Origin: Octopus bimaculoides
Lineage: Eukaryota
Length of the DNA: 38,678 nucleotides
Direction of reading: 5' to 3'
Assembly (NCBI RefSeq): GCF_001194135.2
Contig: NC_068998.1
Span: 36,664,993 to 36,703,670 of the forward strand
Position 1 is the first letter of the stretch; each line of letters begins with the position of its first letter. The translations under genes were made by a program, and so were the position numbers. The notes under the pieces are model-generated. The model did not search any database. It saw nothing but the letters and a program-made list of their open reading frames with translations, and was not told the DNA's origin. Shown here one piece after another: positions 12,064 through 24,822 of the stretch.

Positions 12064-12285
12064 GTATGTATGTATCTGCGTAATGTATGCATGTATCTAC
12101 GTAATGTATGTATGTATCTGTGTAATGTATGTATGTATCTATGTATGTATGTATGTATGTATGCATGTATGTATGTATGTATGTATGTATGCATGCATGT
12201 ATGTATGTATGTATGTATGTATGCATGCATGTATGTATGTATGTACGTATGCATGCATGTATGTATGTATGTATGTATGTATGTG
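12064..12285. repeat. (TATG)n/(CATG) compound microsatellite
   Basis: Direct reading. Confidence 0.95.
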
Positions 12286-12549
12286 CATGAGGGTTATACC
12301 GAAAGCAACGCAAAACCGGGCATAACTTTTTTATCAACTGACCTAAGTCGTTCCAATTCCATTTGTTGTTTAGCTCTTGCTCTGTACACAGAAAGTGCTG
12401 CTCAACATTTATTACAACCGATTTACTTGCTCCGATGTTGAGGTCGACTCGTGAATCCTGTTTCAAAAAGCTTTAGGAATACACTGCTGTACTCATTTAT
12501 TTACTGTCATTTTTATCTCGTCAGAAAAATTCAATCTACTATTAATGCA

Positions 12550-12731
12550 GTTCTATATTTAAGAGATGAGGAATTATTAACATTATTTACATTTGACGGA
12601 TATTTGTCCTCATCTTGTTTGTTGTTAACACAACGTTTCGGCTGATATACCCTCCAGCCTTCGGTATATCAGCCGAAACGTTGTGTTAACAACAAACAAG
12701 ATGAGGACAAATATCCGTCAAATGTAAATAA
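12550..12731. mobile_element. Palindromic retro-insertion (Penelope pLTR-like) flanked by a 13-bp target-site duplication
   Basis: Perfect 70-bp inverted arms 12582-12651 / 12663-12732 with an 11-nt loop; direct repeat TACTATTAATGCA at 12537-12549 and 12732-12744; contains hammerhead 3' half GAA-GGCTG...CAGCC-GAAACGTT. Confidence 0.7.
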
Positions 12732-13123
12732 TACTATTAATGCATTGTGACCACAGACAGGATGCTCGTGGATTATGGTTCATTTGCCCGCGCAATGTGT
12801 TCAATGCTGGTTCCCACCTCCTTAAACTTCTTCCTTCATCTGTGGATATCATTACATTTTTCGATGGTGTCATCTCAGTAAACAACTAGCCTTCTATGGA
12901 CGTCGTCAAGAACACAATAGCGGAATGTTGTTCCTGCTCGGAATCTATTTTTGACTTGCGATGAAGAAGAACAAGGAAGAGAGTTATTATCAAGGGAAAT
13001 ATACTCTCCTGACGTGGGAAACTTAAGCGACATACGTTAGTAAAAGAACGTTATACTCACTTTGTCGTTATTTCAAGTACAACTCTTGTTTTGTGTACGT
13101 ATGTGAGTGGGCGTATGTGAATG

Positions 13124-13163
<40 letters not shown>

Positions 13164-15817
13164 CTTGTGTGCTTGTGTGTGTGAGTCCATGCAAGTATTA
13201 TCTATAAAACCATCCATGAATGTTTCATTCTATATACGTTTGTTTATGTTATGTTTTTTATTTTATATTGTTCGTATTGTAATATACTTTTACAACTAAT
13301 TTCGTAACAATACACACACACACACACGCACAGCACACGCGTGCGCGCGCACACAGACCTCAGACACACACACACACACACACACATGCAACGATATAGA
13401 TATATGTATATATATATATATATATATACGGAAATGGATGTTGCTGGCTATTAATAACAATGGCGTTTAACTCCTACAGCGTGATCTCATATAACGTTGT
13501 ATGCGATCCGACGATGGCTAAAACCTGATACAAAGAAAACGTCTGCTAGTAGAGTAAAGCACGAAGCATCATTTTGGTATTCCTTTATTTCATCTGTTAC
13601 AAATGTTTCTATGTTCGATTATTTGTGATGTCATTATAAATGCAACACTACGGAGAGTATTTAATCACACGAAAAGCTTCTTCAGACAGGGGTCGAAATA
13701 AAAATCACAAGCATTTTATATAAATACTTGAGAGCTACAAGGTAGACAATGAGAAGAGAGGAGTCGGAATTAGATGTAGTTTCGTTTATCGCAACAAATA
13801 TATATAATGGCATAGATAACGATAATTCCGCAGACGGAATGATAAATTGCAAAATAATGTCTATTATAATTACATCCTCTTTCGTTTTCCCTTATAGTGC
13901 ACATACATAGGAGTAGCGGCTGTGGTAAGATACGTGCCACCGTAACATATAATTGATCTTGGGTGAATTAAGAATTCTCACTTGTAAATTCAGTCACTTT
14001 TAATGTTTGTCTCTGGGATTTGTTGAGGGACATGGCATGTAAACTGTAGGGAACTGTGGCACTTTTTATACTGAAATGTGTCCGTGGAAATATTTGGAAT
14101 TCGCGGGATAAATATATAGTCATAAGCAGCACAATCTGTCGAGTATGTTACTTTTTTTCAGATATGACTGACGTTAATTATTGTCTGCCAACTTTGTAGC
14201 ATTGCATATGCATTAGAGTATCCTAGTTTCTAGCAATAATAATCTGAGGTCTTTCCAACATGAGTCTATGATTTGACCCACCAGTATTGTTCCATTTAAA
14301 ATGTCCACTTGTGCGCGCGCACAAATATTTTATATAATCAGGAAAGAAAAAGTGTGCACACACAAGGTTTTCAAGATGAAATCAGATATTTTTCACTGCA
14401 AAATTTTGTGCGTTGAGTATTTGCATGGGAACGCACATATATTGCAAGGAAAGACAAAATTTGCATACAATGTAAATCTCTGTGCATACCCACAACAATA
14501 TATGAGTGGGAACAGGGCTCGCCAGCAGTTCACAGTTTCTTTGGTTTGCAAATCTGATGTTACCATATAAATAAATATAAGATATATATCTAGACACACA
14601 AGCACTCACAATTAGCAGAATAAAGATGCTATTTATATATTAAAAAAAATGTGCTTGTTCACAATGTCAATTATCTGCTCAAAATATTTATTGTGTATGT
14701 TCTACATATAACTACGCTATGTTTTAACATATTTGCTTAATAACAGCATATTAATTTTAACGGACATATGTACATTGCAGTCAGTATTTGGTATAATATA
14801 TACATTTCAATACTATAGTCTTCTCCTCTTACTAAAGAGAATGTTGTGGTGGTGACTCGAGGAAGTCACATGCACAAGACGAGGACACATATACATCAAC
14901 AAAAATATATCTACGTTTCAAGAATTTATAAACTTCAAGAGAAGGGGAATCTTTTTTTAAATGGAGCATCTCGAAGCAGATTAACAGCGTGTAAATATTG
15001 GTGTAATAAACCCTTGGATAGAAAGATTCAAAGGCTGCCTGTGGGACTCAAATTTACATCACCTGTAAATGACAAGCGTTCCACCATTGGTCCAAAGCAA
15101 CCACTCGAACTTCTCTATTCGTTTTAGAAAGTTTATTCTTTCTAGAGAGAATTGTGTACCATTGACGTTATACAATTTTTTTCACCCAACCGTTAAAGGC
15201 TATTATCTATAGCTTTTATCTCCTTTCTCTTGCAGTTTATAATTTCTAATGACGCCAACAGCATACACTTTTCGCTTGCTGGAATAAAGTTCCTAAAATA
15301 GGTACTAAAAATTCGAAGAGCTACTTTAGTCCAATGACAAAATGTCTGTCATGTAGGCAAGCTGGTCGAGTCACGCGAGCAGCTTTCTAATATTATAGCT
15401 GTATCTGCTTCGAAATCCACTGTTCCAAAAAAGAGGATTATATTTAAATATGTAACATTTTCTGTCTTACCATATCTTCTCGCATATCTGTCTCTTTATC
15501 TTTCTCTTTCCGTCTTCTCTTCTGCTTTGTCTATCCCTCTAGGAGAATTTGTCCGTCTGTCGTTATCTCTCTCTTTCTCTCTCTCACTCTCTTTCTCCCT
15601 TTCCCTTTCTCTCTCTCTCTTTAACGTCAACTAATACTGCGTAGTACACACGCACTCACACTTACAATTTCTAATATATAACAAATACATCACATCAGGT
15701 TTGATAAATTATACGAAAAATGTCAAAGAAAAAAATGGTTAGCACTCGATACAAAGACGTAATATAATGGTATTTGCATTTATAAATCAATACTTGTTAA
15801 CTTCATCCGACTAACAC

Positions 15818-15867
<50 letters not shown>

Positions 15868-15892
15868 TATACAACCATCTAATTTTACTCAC

Positions 15893-16248
15893 CTTCGACT
15901 TCTTCCCCTTCCTTCCTCTTCTACTGCCCCCTTCTATCTATCATCGACATATTTTGGCTTTTCTTCTAGAATTACCTTCCTTTGCCACAACGACGTACTT
16001 TACTCTATCTTAATCACGCAACATTTTGGTTCCTTTTCAACTTTCAACAAATACATGATTTTTTTTCTTCTTTTTTTTTTTTGATATTTTCCCCCCGCAG
16101 TGACTCGACTTTGGGTCGAGCTATTCACCTTGCCGGAAACGGAATTCGGGGAAAATATTTTTTTAAAAATACTTCCCGTAATTTTCTACATTTCTGTGCC
16201 TGTGTGACCGGGAACCATGAAATCAACGGTAGCTCAGGTGTTGACTGA
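15893..16248 (-). promoter_or_regulatory. Candidate non-coding first exon of an unidentified minus-strand transcript
   Basis: Initiator-like TCAGTC at 16248-16243; consensus donor AAG|GTGAGT at 15895-15887; unique, relatively CpG-rich sequence between; no sustained ORF. Confidence 0.35.
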
Positions 16249-16508
16249 CATTATATTATTTTTAAACTACACACACACACACACTTATATGTATGCATGT
16301 ATTATGTAGGTATACACACACACACACACACACACACACANNNNNNNNNNNNNNNNNNNNNNNNNNNNNNNNNNNNNNNNNNNNNNNNNNNNNNNNNNNN
16401 NNNNNNNNNNNNNNNNNNNNNNNNNNNNNNNNNNNNNNNNNNNNNNNNNNNNNNNNNNNNNNNNNNNNNNNNNNNNNNNNNNNNNNNNNNNNNNNNNNNN
16501 NNNNNNNN

Positions 16509-16559
<51 letters not shown>

Positions 16560-17050
16560 CTAAACATATGTATATATAAATATATACGTACTCTGTGTAC
16601 GTGTATACACCACACACACACACATACATACATAGAATTAATTTTGACCGACAATATACTTGGTGCCAAGATTGAGAAGGAAAACAAAACGTTTTGTTCA
16701 TCTTCCCTCAAAACTTAAGAAAGGTGGTTACACAATCTTCCTTCGAATGAAAATTGGGAAAAAATGAATTGTTCAAGTCTCAGTGGATTCATCTGTGCTT
16801 TAAGGATAAGGACACTAAAAATAATGTTAAATGAGTAATCATTAGTAGTACTTCACCGTATATTATTAGCTGCTTGAAGTGTAATCTACACTTGGAAGAA
16901 ATATTCCATATCTTTACTTCTAATCAAAGGTTATAAAATAATGAAACCTAATTAGTTCTAAAATGCTCGCATTCCTTCAGAAAAGTATTTAGATACTTTC
17001 AAAATAAGTATTTTTAACTGGATAGAAGTGCACATACATAAACCTAGCCA

Positions 17051-17093
17051 AATAATAATAATAATAATAATAATAGTAATAATAATAATAATA

Positions 17094-17131
<38 letters not shown>

Positions 17132-17154
17132 TATTATTGTTGTTGTTGTTGTTG

Positions 17155-17225
<71 letters not shown>
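17051..17225. repeat. (AAT)n followed by (ATT)n/(GTT)n: palindromic AT-rich microsatellite
   Basis: Repeat polarity switches at 17094/17095. Confidence 0.9.
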
Positions 17226-17228
<3 letters not shown>

Positions 17229-17233
17229 ACAGT

Positions 17234-17340
17234 GTGACCCGTATTCTGCACACTAGCCTATTCACATAGTTTGATGCCCTGCGTCGAAGTGCACTGGACA
17301 TCAAACCACGTGATAGGCTAGTGTGCAGAATACGAGTCAC
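17234..17340. other. 107-nt hairpin (45-bp stem)
   Basis: 41 Watson-Crick pairs, 4 A-C mismatches and 1 bulge by manual pairing; 16-nt loop. Confidence 0.8.
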
Positions 17341-17934
17341 GCAAGTAGTATGATGAATAAAACATAGAAAATATTGGATATTCAATGCCTTGTTATAACG
17401 TACTCTCGTGTTGGTAAATTACCGTCAGGATTACATAATTGCATTTTAAGAATGTAACAAGCCTGTAAGATACGCCCTTAGTGTTTAGTAAGAAATACAA
17501 TGGCTAATGTTAAATGCTCGTTAGATATTCTCACTGTGTAAAATAGCAGCAACATCGCCAGAAGCACAATTTAATAGGAGACAAAAAGAACCAGCATAAA
17601 TGTTCGAGGCACTGTTTCCCGTGCCCAGTTATGTATGACCAAGAAAATACAATAATAACAGCAGCAATAGCAATTACAATAACAATGACAGAGATGCTGA
17701 CCACAGCATCCGGGTCATGAATCAGGGTCAAATACTTTGTGGTTAGTTGATTGTCAGCTTCTATAGTGACCATGCACAGACAATCTGCTATCTATCAAGC
17801 AGACAAAAGGTGGGTTCACATGAACTTCCGTTGTACTTTTTCACCCCACATCCTACCATTTGCACGCTTCAACGTCCCGAATTTTGTCCCTATCTCTCTC
17901 TCTCACTCACACACACACACACAATCCTGCATAT

Positions 17935-17965
<31 letters not shown>

Positions 17966-18483
17966 NNNNNNNNNNNNNNNNNNNNNNNNNNNNNNNNNNN
18001 NNNNNNNNNNNNNNNNNNNNNNNNNNNNNNNNNNNNNNNNNNNNNNNNNNNNNNNNNNNNNNNNNNNNNNNNNNNNNNNNNNNNNNNNNNNNNNNNNNNN
18101 NNNNNNNNNNNNNNNNNNATATAGGGAAAAGAACCAAGGTTCCTGAACTCATCGATGAAAATCCACTGGCACATATAGAAAAATTAATTATTATTCTATA
18201 TATATATATATATAATGACAAGGACTCAGGTAGAATCCGGTACTTGAAAAGACATGCACCAGGTAAGGTTGGATAAAGTTGTGCCCACCGCTTATGGTTG
18301 ATGAATATCAAATAGGATATTCCATTTGTGTACACAAAGAAAACCGAGCCTATAAGTATTTAGCGCTTAGGGGCTGGTCCAAAGCATACGTACGTTTTTG
18401 GTATACTCCAGGGTGTCCGACGTGTCATAAATCCCTATGGTGTATTATAATCAATTGAATAATAACAGACGATGGATAATTGT

Positions 18484-18985
18484 CAGCTCATTACAACTGT
18501 TTCTTACGTATTTTTTAATAGAAGTGGGAGAACATTACTCCATTACAAAAAACCGTAACCATCAGATGAAACGTAATTTTACAAACAAAAGAATATCCCA
18601 AAAATACAGCAGGGATGTGGTTGAAGTCAGTTGAGGCTTATTTTGAAGTCACAATGGGGACAATGACGATTCTGATTTTGCCTGAGATTGGACAAATATG
18701 TCTGTTGATTGCAGGGTATAGTTCTTTTATTGTTCTGCTTTTTTAACTCAATTTGTTAAAATATATTATGACACATTTTACGCTACTCACATCTATCTAG
18801 GCAATGACTTTCCTTAGAGATTAAATCAACCTATGTAGTAACCCTCAACAGACTTCAGCCACGTCCCTGCTGTATTCTTGGGATCTTCTTTTGCTTTTGA
18901 AATTGATGATTACAGTGTTTTGCAATGAAGTAACGTTCTCATTCTTTTATCTAAAAAATGCGTTCGAAACAGCTGTAATGAGCTG
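18484..18985. mobile_element. Old inverted repeat/MITE with ~150-bp diverged arms
   Basis: 18484-18636 (cagctcattaca.ctgtttc...caaaagaa.atcccaa.aatacagcaggga.gtgg.tgaagtc.gttgagg) aligns to the reverse complement of 18843-18985; ~205-bp spacer. Confidence 0.7.
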
Positions 18986-19299
18986 GTGAAATGCTTCTAC
19001 ATTGATTGTAAACGACCCTTGATTAGGAATAGCTATTAGCAGTGAAAGCTTATTCTAGGCCTTGGAATGTGGGTAGATGGCAGTGGTTAGAAATGACAAC
19101 AATTTCGTACTCTCCCTTTGGCGTAATCTTTCTCTTGCAATACCCATGGATTGATAGAATGACAACATTGTATATCTTGGAAAGATCTGATAATTCCGAA
19201 CGAGGAGACGAGAGTTAATTAGAACCCATTAATGTTTAACTTTAACCCCCCCCCCCCAAAAAAAAAAGATAATATTGCTCTCAATAAAATTCTTAAGAG

Positions 19300-19490
19300 A
19301 CCATTTGTGAGTGACCGGTGGGTCCTGCCCCAAGAGAATACGATATACTGAAGACAATCATGGTGGTGTTTATCTACGACTGTCTCCACCTCGTTTGAAA
19401 TTCTGGAAGTTATGGCGACAGGTTGATATTCAGTAAGGTCAATGAGGTTTCTCTTCTTTTGAGTAGAGCACGTTGCTGCATTTTTCTGCA
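19300..19490 (-). mobile_element. Non-LTR retrotransposon (LINE) RT fragment
   Basis: QKNAATCSTQKKRNLIDLTEYQPVAITSRISNEVETVV resembles the LINE motif WKxAxVxPIxKKG...NYRPISITSxxSKxxExII; boundary with the adjacent PLE is ambiguous. Confidence 0.5.
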
Positions 19491-19499
19491 GACTGGAGA

Positions 19500-22400
19500 A
19501 GATACTCGTCGTATAAATATTGCTTTCATCGTTAATTTTCTATTTTTATGGGAATTTTTGTAAAGTATAAATGTTGTTCATTGTTAATCTTGCTAGTTTT
19601 GTTTCGTGTATGAACATTGCAATTGCGCCTTCTGAGCGAAAGGTGAATTGGTTGAAAAGTACCGTTCTTATACGAACAATATAACATTAAGTTTACAACT
19701 TTCACACTTGCTGTCCAATTGATATATTACATTAGACATTAGTATCTTATTCGTGGGCAAACACACGCATGCCTAATTATTTGTTCGGTTCTTAATTTAG
19801 TACACATGACTAACAAGCTCGCTTGCTATGCTGCGCTGAGGAAACATAGAATTGATTTACTTCTTACAAGAAATTGCATGAATACGGTTAATGATCACTA
19901 ATCAACGAACTAATATATATGGAACTTTCACTTTAATCTTTAGTTATTTCAAAAACAAGTAAATTTAAATGATAGAATGTATAATCATGCAACTAACCTG
20001 CACTACCTGAAATGACTGGCCTTGTGCCAAAATTTGCAACTATTATCTTAATACAATATATTGGGATATAATTATCAGGTTTGTAAGGGTGACATAGATG
20101 ATAACACTTTGAGCAATAATTAACTTCTTTCCTTAATGGTCAAGTTCAAATCCTGGTAGTCCTCTTCGATCCTTCATTTTATCCCACGCTGTTCTGCAGG
20201 AAGTATTTGCTATACTCAGGTCAATAGACTACACTTGCTCCAATACTTCAGCTATGCATGTGGTTGAGGGAACAAATTATATTAGGTTTATACAGGGTCA
20301 AGGGATATACCAAACCCAACTCAAAGCCTAAGCAGAGACGACTGCAGCAAAACTTTTCGAAAAATATATAGGATATATATGACGTCTCATAATTATTTGC
20401 TGTGATGTATTTTATCTTTTACGATATTTTTAATAATGTCTTCATCAATTCTATAGTTTTCATTTAATACACTTTATGAGTGATTTGTGTATTTTTTATA
20501 GGCGTGATGTCTGAGGCATGTGTTGCTTTGTATTTTTTCTTGCATTGTTCTCTGAATTAGTCTAATTTATTGTTCGAATTTCCGTTGTTGAATAGCGTTG
20601 ATTTTATTCAGTGAACTTCGTTATCAACGGCTTCATTAAATGCTCTTCTAAATAGAAATTTTATAATTGACATTTTGTATATATATATCAATGTTTGTTG
20701 TATCTATGCTGCTATTTACATTTATCTGTGTCACTCGGACGTGACACAGTGGACTCAAATGTGGTATGTATATTGTCATCTATTTGAATATTTATATATA
20801 AAAATGGAGTCATTGAATTCCATAGAATTTTTATTTGTACTGTTCTGGATAGAATTTTAAAACAGAGTTGTTTACTAAGTCTTTCTATAATTTCTTGTCG
20901 TCTTCCGATGTGTCCATTATCGCCTAGATATATTTTTTGTATTGTACTTGGAATAAATTTGTTCTGGTTGTCACGATGGATGCTACGAACGTGTCCTCTA
21001 AAGGAGTTAAACCATCTTTTTGCTAATATAATTTGCCAGCTGGATAGCAAAGGAGTACTTCTCTTCAACAGCATTAATAATTTCTTCAGTATATTAGCTG
21101 GCATCTTGGATAGTTACATACGTTATCTAATATGATTCATATTATTTTTCTTATTAGGACGTTGGTAATCAAGTTTTCTACATCTAAAGTGTACAGGTTG
21201 TCTTCCTCAGTTATTTGTTCCTCGACCTCTAGGAATTATTTGATTGACTATATATTGTACTAGTCACCTGTACTATATGATAAATTTTATCTCACAATTT
21301 AACGATCATATATGGTTGATGTATTTAACTAAAATATTGATTTCAAACTGTGACACAAAGCCACCAATATTGGGTGAGGGGCAAGTCGATTGCATCGGCA
21401 CCAGTACTCAGCTGGTATTTATTTTATCGATCCCGAAAGGATGAAAGGTAACGCCGACCTCGTTGGATTTGAACTCACAGCATTTAGACAGACGAAATGT
21501 CACTGAGCATTTTTGCTGGACGGACTAGCGTTTCTGCAATCACTCTGTCTTGTATTTAACTAAAATATTATGGATTTATAAGGTTTGTTTTTCACATCAT
21601 TACTGTTCCCTAGGTATGTGCTGGGAAGTGAAATCTTTTTCATAGATGGAAAATAAGTGGCTTTCATGTGTGCAATTTATTGCTTTAACTAGGTTATTTT
21701 AACTTTCAATTGGGCAGCATTATCTTTCTGAAATAGTTATAAATTTGTTTTCATCTCTGAGTGAAATGTTAATCTTTGCACTATATTCATGTTTATCCAT
21801 GATTATGAATATATTACTCTTGTCAGGCTTACATATTTTATTGTTGTCACTATTTCTAAATTGTGAAATGTTTTCTTTCTAAAATTTCGTGTTGAGTATG
21901 TAGTTATTATTATCTCTTATATATATCAGTTTTATTACATTCACCTTCAATTTTATCTTCGATATATAACGTTTTATCTCTTAGATTTTCTTACAGTTGT
22001 TTGATTTTAACTCTTCTGTATTTATCATAGTTCAGATGTAAGGAAATATTGGCACGTAGACTGAGGAATATAATTTGGTGTGGACTGACTTATATGTTGT
22101 CAAAATTTGAGCAATATATCTTCTTGTCTGGGTAAAGAGATTCTTACTTTGAGTAATTTGCTTAAGTGTATTCCTGTCTCTGTACCTAATTCGTCATTAA
22201 AAGAGCTGTTTTTTATGTTATTAAGAGCTAAGTTTCTTTTGTTTAATCAACGCCACTACTTTACATATATCTCTCTTTTATGATCTGCTTATATGATTTT
22301 TACCTTCTTAGCTACTGTATGCATTTGCCTTTTGATCAACTTCTGAAATTCTGACGCACAATTTTCACTGTTTTATTGTTTATATTTGTATAGAAGAACA

Positions 22401-22560
22401 CCTTCTTATTAGACATTCTCTGTTGAGTACAATCTCTATTGAATACACGACTGTCTGGTTTAATAGATTTGATGCAAACCTTTCATATATTTGTATACTT
22501 AGCACTTGTTTGTCTTGCAGTCTAAATTAATTTACAAGAAGTTGACCGTGCTTAGAATGA
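19500..22560 (-). mobile_element. Penelope-like retroelement (RT + GIY-YIG endonuclease), near full-length fossil
   Basis: Ordered degenerate motifs on the minus strand: KPDKSNIFIIMDKHEY (cf. KADKG..MD..Y); YTLDVENLITNV (cf. SLDVxSLFTNVP); ILKKLL; PFLYINI...STVSRPSDT (cf. PFLDV..VYRKPT); YKMSIIKFLFRRA; NVIYQ (19733-19719) and YIV (19683-19675), the GIY/YIG pair. Many stops and frameshifts. Confidence 0.75.
21339..21550 (-). mobile_element. SINE family B inserted in the Penelope-like element, with 19-bp TSD
   Basis: TGTATTTAACTAAAATATT at 21320-21338 and 21551-21569 flanks a family B copy. Confidence 0.85.
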
Positions 22561-23674
22561 TGGGTAATAGGCTAAAACTCGTGGCAGAGAACATGGATTT
22601 TGTTTGATTATTTAAGTTGGATACACTCGGGTGCGAATAGATACGATGGCATGATGATTTCGGATTATCAAGGCAATGTCAGTTAATACGAACGTTAATG
22701 CTGCTAGTACCTCATACAAGAACTGAATAGAACCAGATTAATTTCTTCGCCCTAATTCTCTTGGAGATAGGTGTAGGAACATCTATGTACACAAACTTCT
22801 GTCTAAATCCTTTCCTTGTAATAGAATCTAGCGCTGTCGAATTTTATTTATTATTTTTTTTGAGGATAAATTCCGCAAGGCATACTTTGTATATTCCCAC
22901 ACAATGTATACAGTCTTTCATGTTCAGAGACAGAGAAAAACTGCATTTCTATATTTTATATAAAGGCTATGAAATGGCCTACTCAGTATAATCTAGATCA
23001 TTCTCGACAAGGCATCCTTCTTACTCGTTCTCGATTTTGCTTCCTTGAGAAACAGCATATGTTGCAATAGATTGCTGTGTCTCTTCACAAAACTACCGAA
23101 CTTTCTTGCCACAACTATTAACGGAGATCTCTGTTTGCTGCTTTTAAGATATTATCTTTTAACACTCGTTCAGAAATAATGTTGTAAATTTTGCTGCACC
23201 TTTTAATTTACCTGCAATTTCAAAAAGAAAGCGAGGGTAACAGATCTCATTTATTGCGCCAGAGTTGCATCCTCACCAGTATCCAACAAGAAATCACTAT
23301 CATGCCTAACGGGTTTATAGGAAAGAGCTGTATACAAAAGCTGTGGCTGCTTCATCACATATACCATAACATACCGAAAGATCGGATGGAATCTTTTGCG
23401 TTTGTTAAACATTTTAATGCAGTTTTCCATCAAAATATACATACATAAACACGCACACACACCCGCGCGCGCACACACACACACACACACACATACATGC
23501 ACACACAAACGGTATATAACAATGAGCAAAAGTGCTCCAGTATACCGCTCGTAACGACGAGAGATTATGAAACATCCACGCTTACTTGATGAGGTCAAAT
23601 AAGATCGAATAGACCCGAAGTTGTCTGCTCGTTGTCAAGCACTCATTCATAAATTGAGAATTACGCGCATCTTG

Positions 23675-23722
<48 letters not shown>

Positions 23723-23853
23723 TTAGAGAGTGAGGAATTTTTCGAAACCAAATGTCATATACTGCTGAGATAAATTTGTTATGAAGTCTCTTGTACTGTG
23801 ATAGTCTTCTAAATCTTAGAACCGAGTTGGAAATAAGTCTAAAGCATATCATT

Positions 23854-24061
23854 AAGGCGGCGAGCTGGCAGAGACGTTAGTACGTCGGGCGAAATGTTTC
23901 ATCTGTCTTTACGTTCTGAGTTCAAATTCCGCCGAGATCGACTTTGCCTTTCATCCATTCGGGGTCGATAAATTAAGTACCAGTTGCAGACTGGGATCGA
24001 CCTAATCGACTGGCCCCCTCCCCCAAAATTTCGGGCCTTGTACCTTGAGTAGGAAAGAATA
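23854..24061 (+). mobile_element. SINE family B, full-length, well preserved
   Basis: aaggcggcgagctggcagag head; B-box-like gagttcaaattcc at 23918-23930; tail aaatttcgggccttgt...gaaagaat. Confidence 0.85.
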
Positions 24062-24447
24062 TGCCTGCCTCATTTTTGATTGCAATTCCAATTCTAACAT
24101 ACAAACAAACAGAAACACCTACATTCTCTCCTTTCTCTCTTCACACACACACACACACACACACATGTATATATACTTAGATGCATGCATACACACACAA
24201 GTATTTCACAACATAGTAACCAGCGATTTATTACACAAATGCAATTTTCCACCTAACCGCTACGTTATCACAAACATATATAAACCCTGACTTCCATTAT
24301 ATCATCTACGCTGATATGAATTCTTAATGGAACGAAATAATGAGAAACCTTGGAAGTGTCATGCATATACATAAGTATATGTTACAATCCGGTGTGAGTT
24401 TAATATGTATGTGTGCAAGTTATACAGTGGGTAAACATTATCTGAAA

Positions 24448-24746
24448 GCTTTGTGGTTAGGAAGCTCATCTTGCAACCGAGTGGGTTCAAGTTCAGTTCC
24501 ACATCACGGCACCTAGCAAGTGCCTTCTACTATAGCCCAGGATCGACTAATGTCTTGGGAGTGAGTTTGGCATACGTAAACAGTATGGAACCCTTTGGCT
24601 GCTGGGTAGGAAATTGGCTACCAACCACATGATTCGGGGTTCACTCCCACTACGTAGAATCTTGAGCAAATGTCTTCTACTATAGCCTTGAGCCGACCAA
24701 AGCTTTGTGAGTGGATATGGTAGACGGAAACTGAAAGAAGCCCGTC

Positions 24747-24822
<76 letters not shown>

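Noticed and set aside
23586-23626. Hammerhead-like UUGAUGA-GGUC...GACC-CGAAG on the + strand
   Set aside because: Stem II is good but the core deviates at three positions and no stem I/III pairing is found; at most a very decayed remnant.
23677-23720. T44 run (possible retro-insertion poly-A tail on the minus strand)
   Set aside because: No matching TSD, polyadenylation signal or identifiable body.
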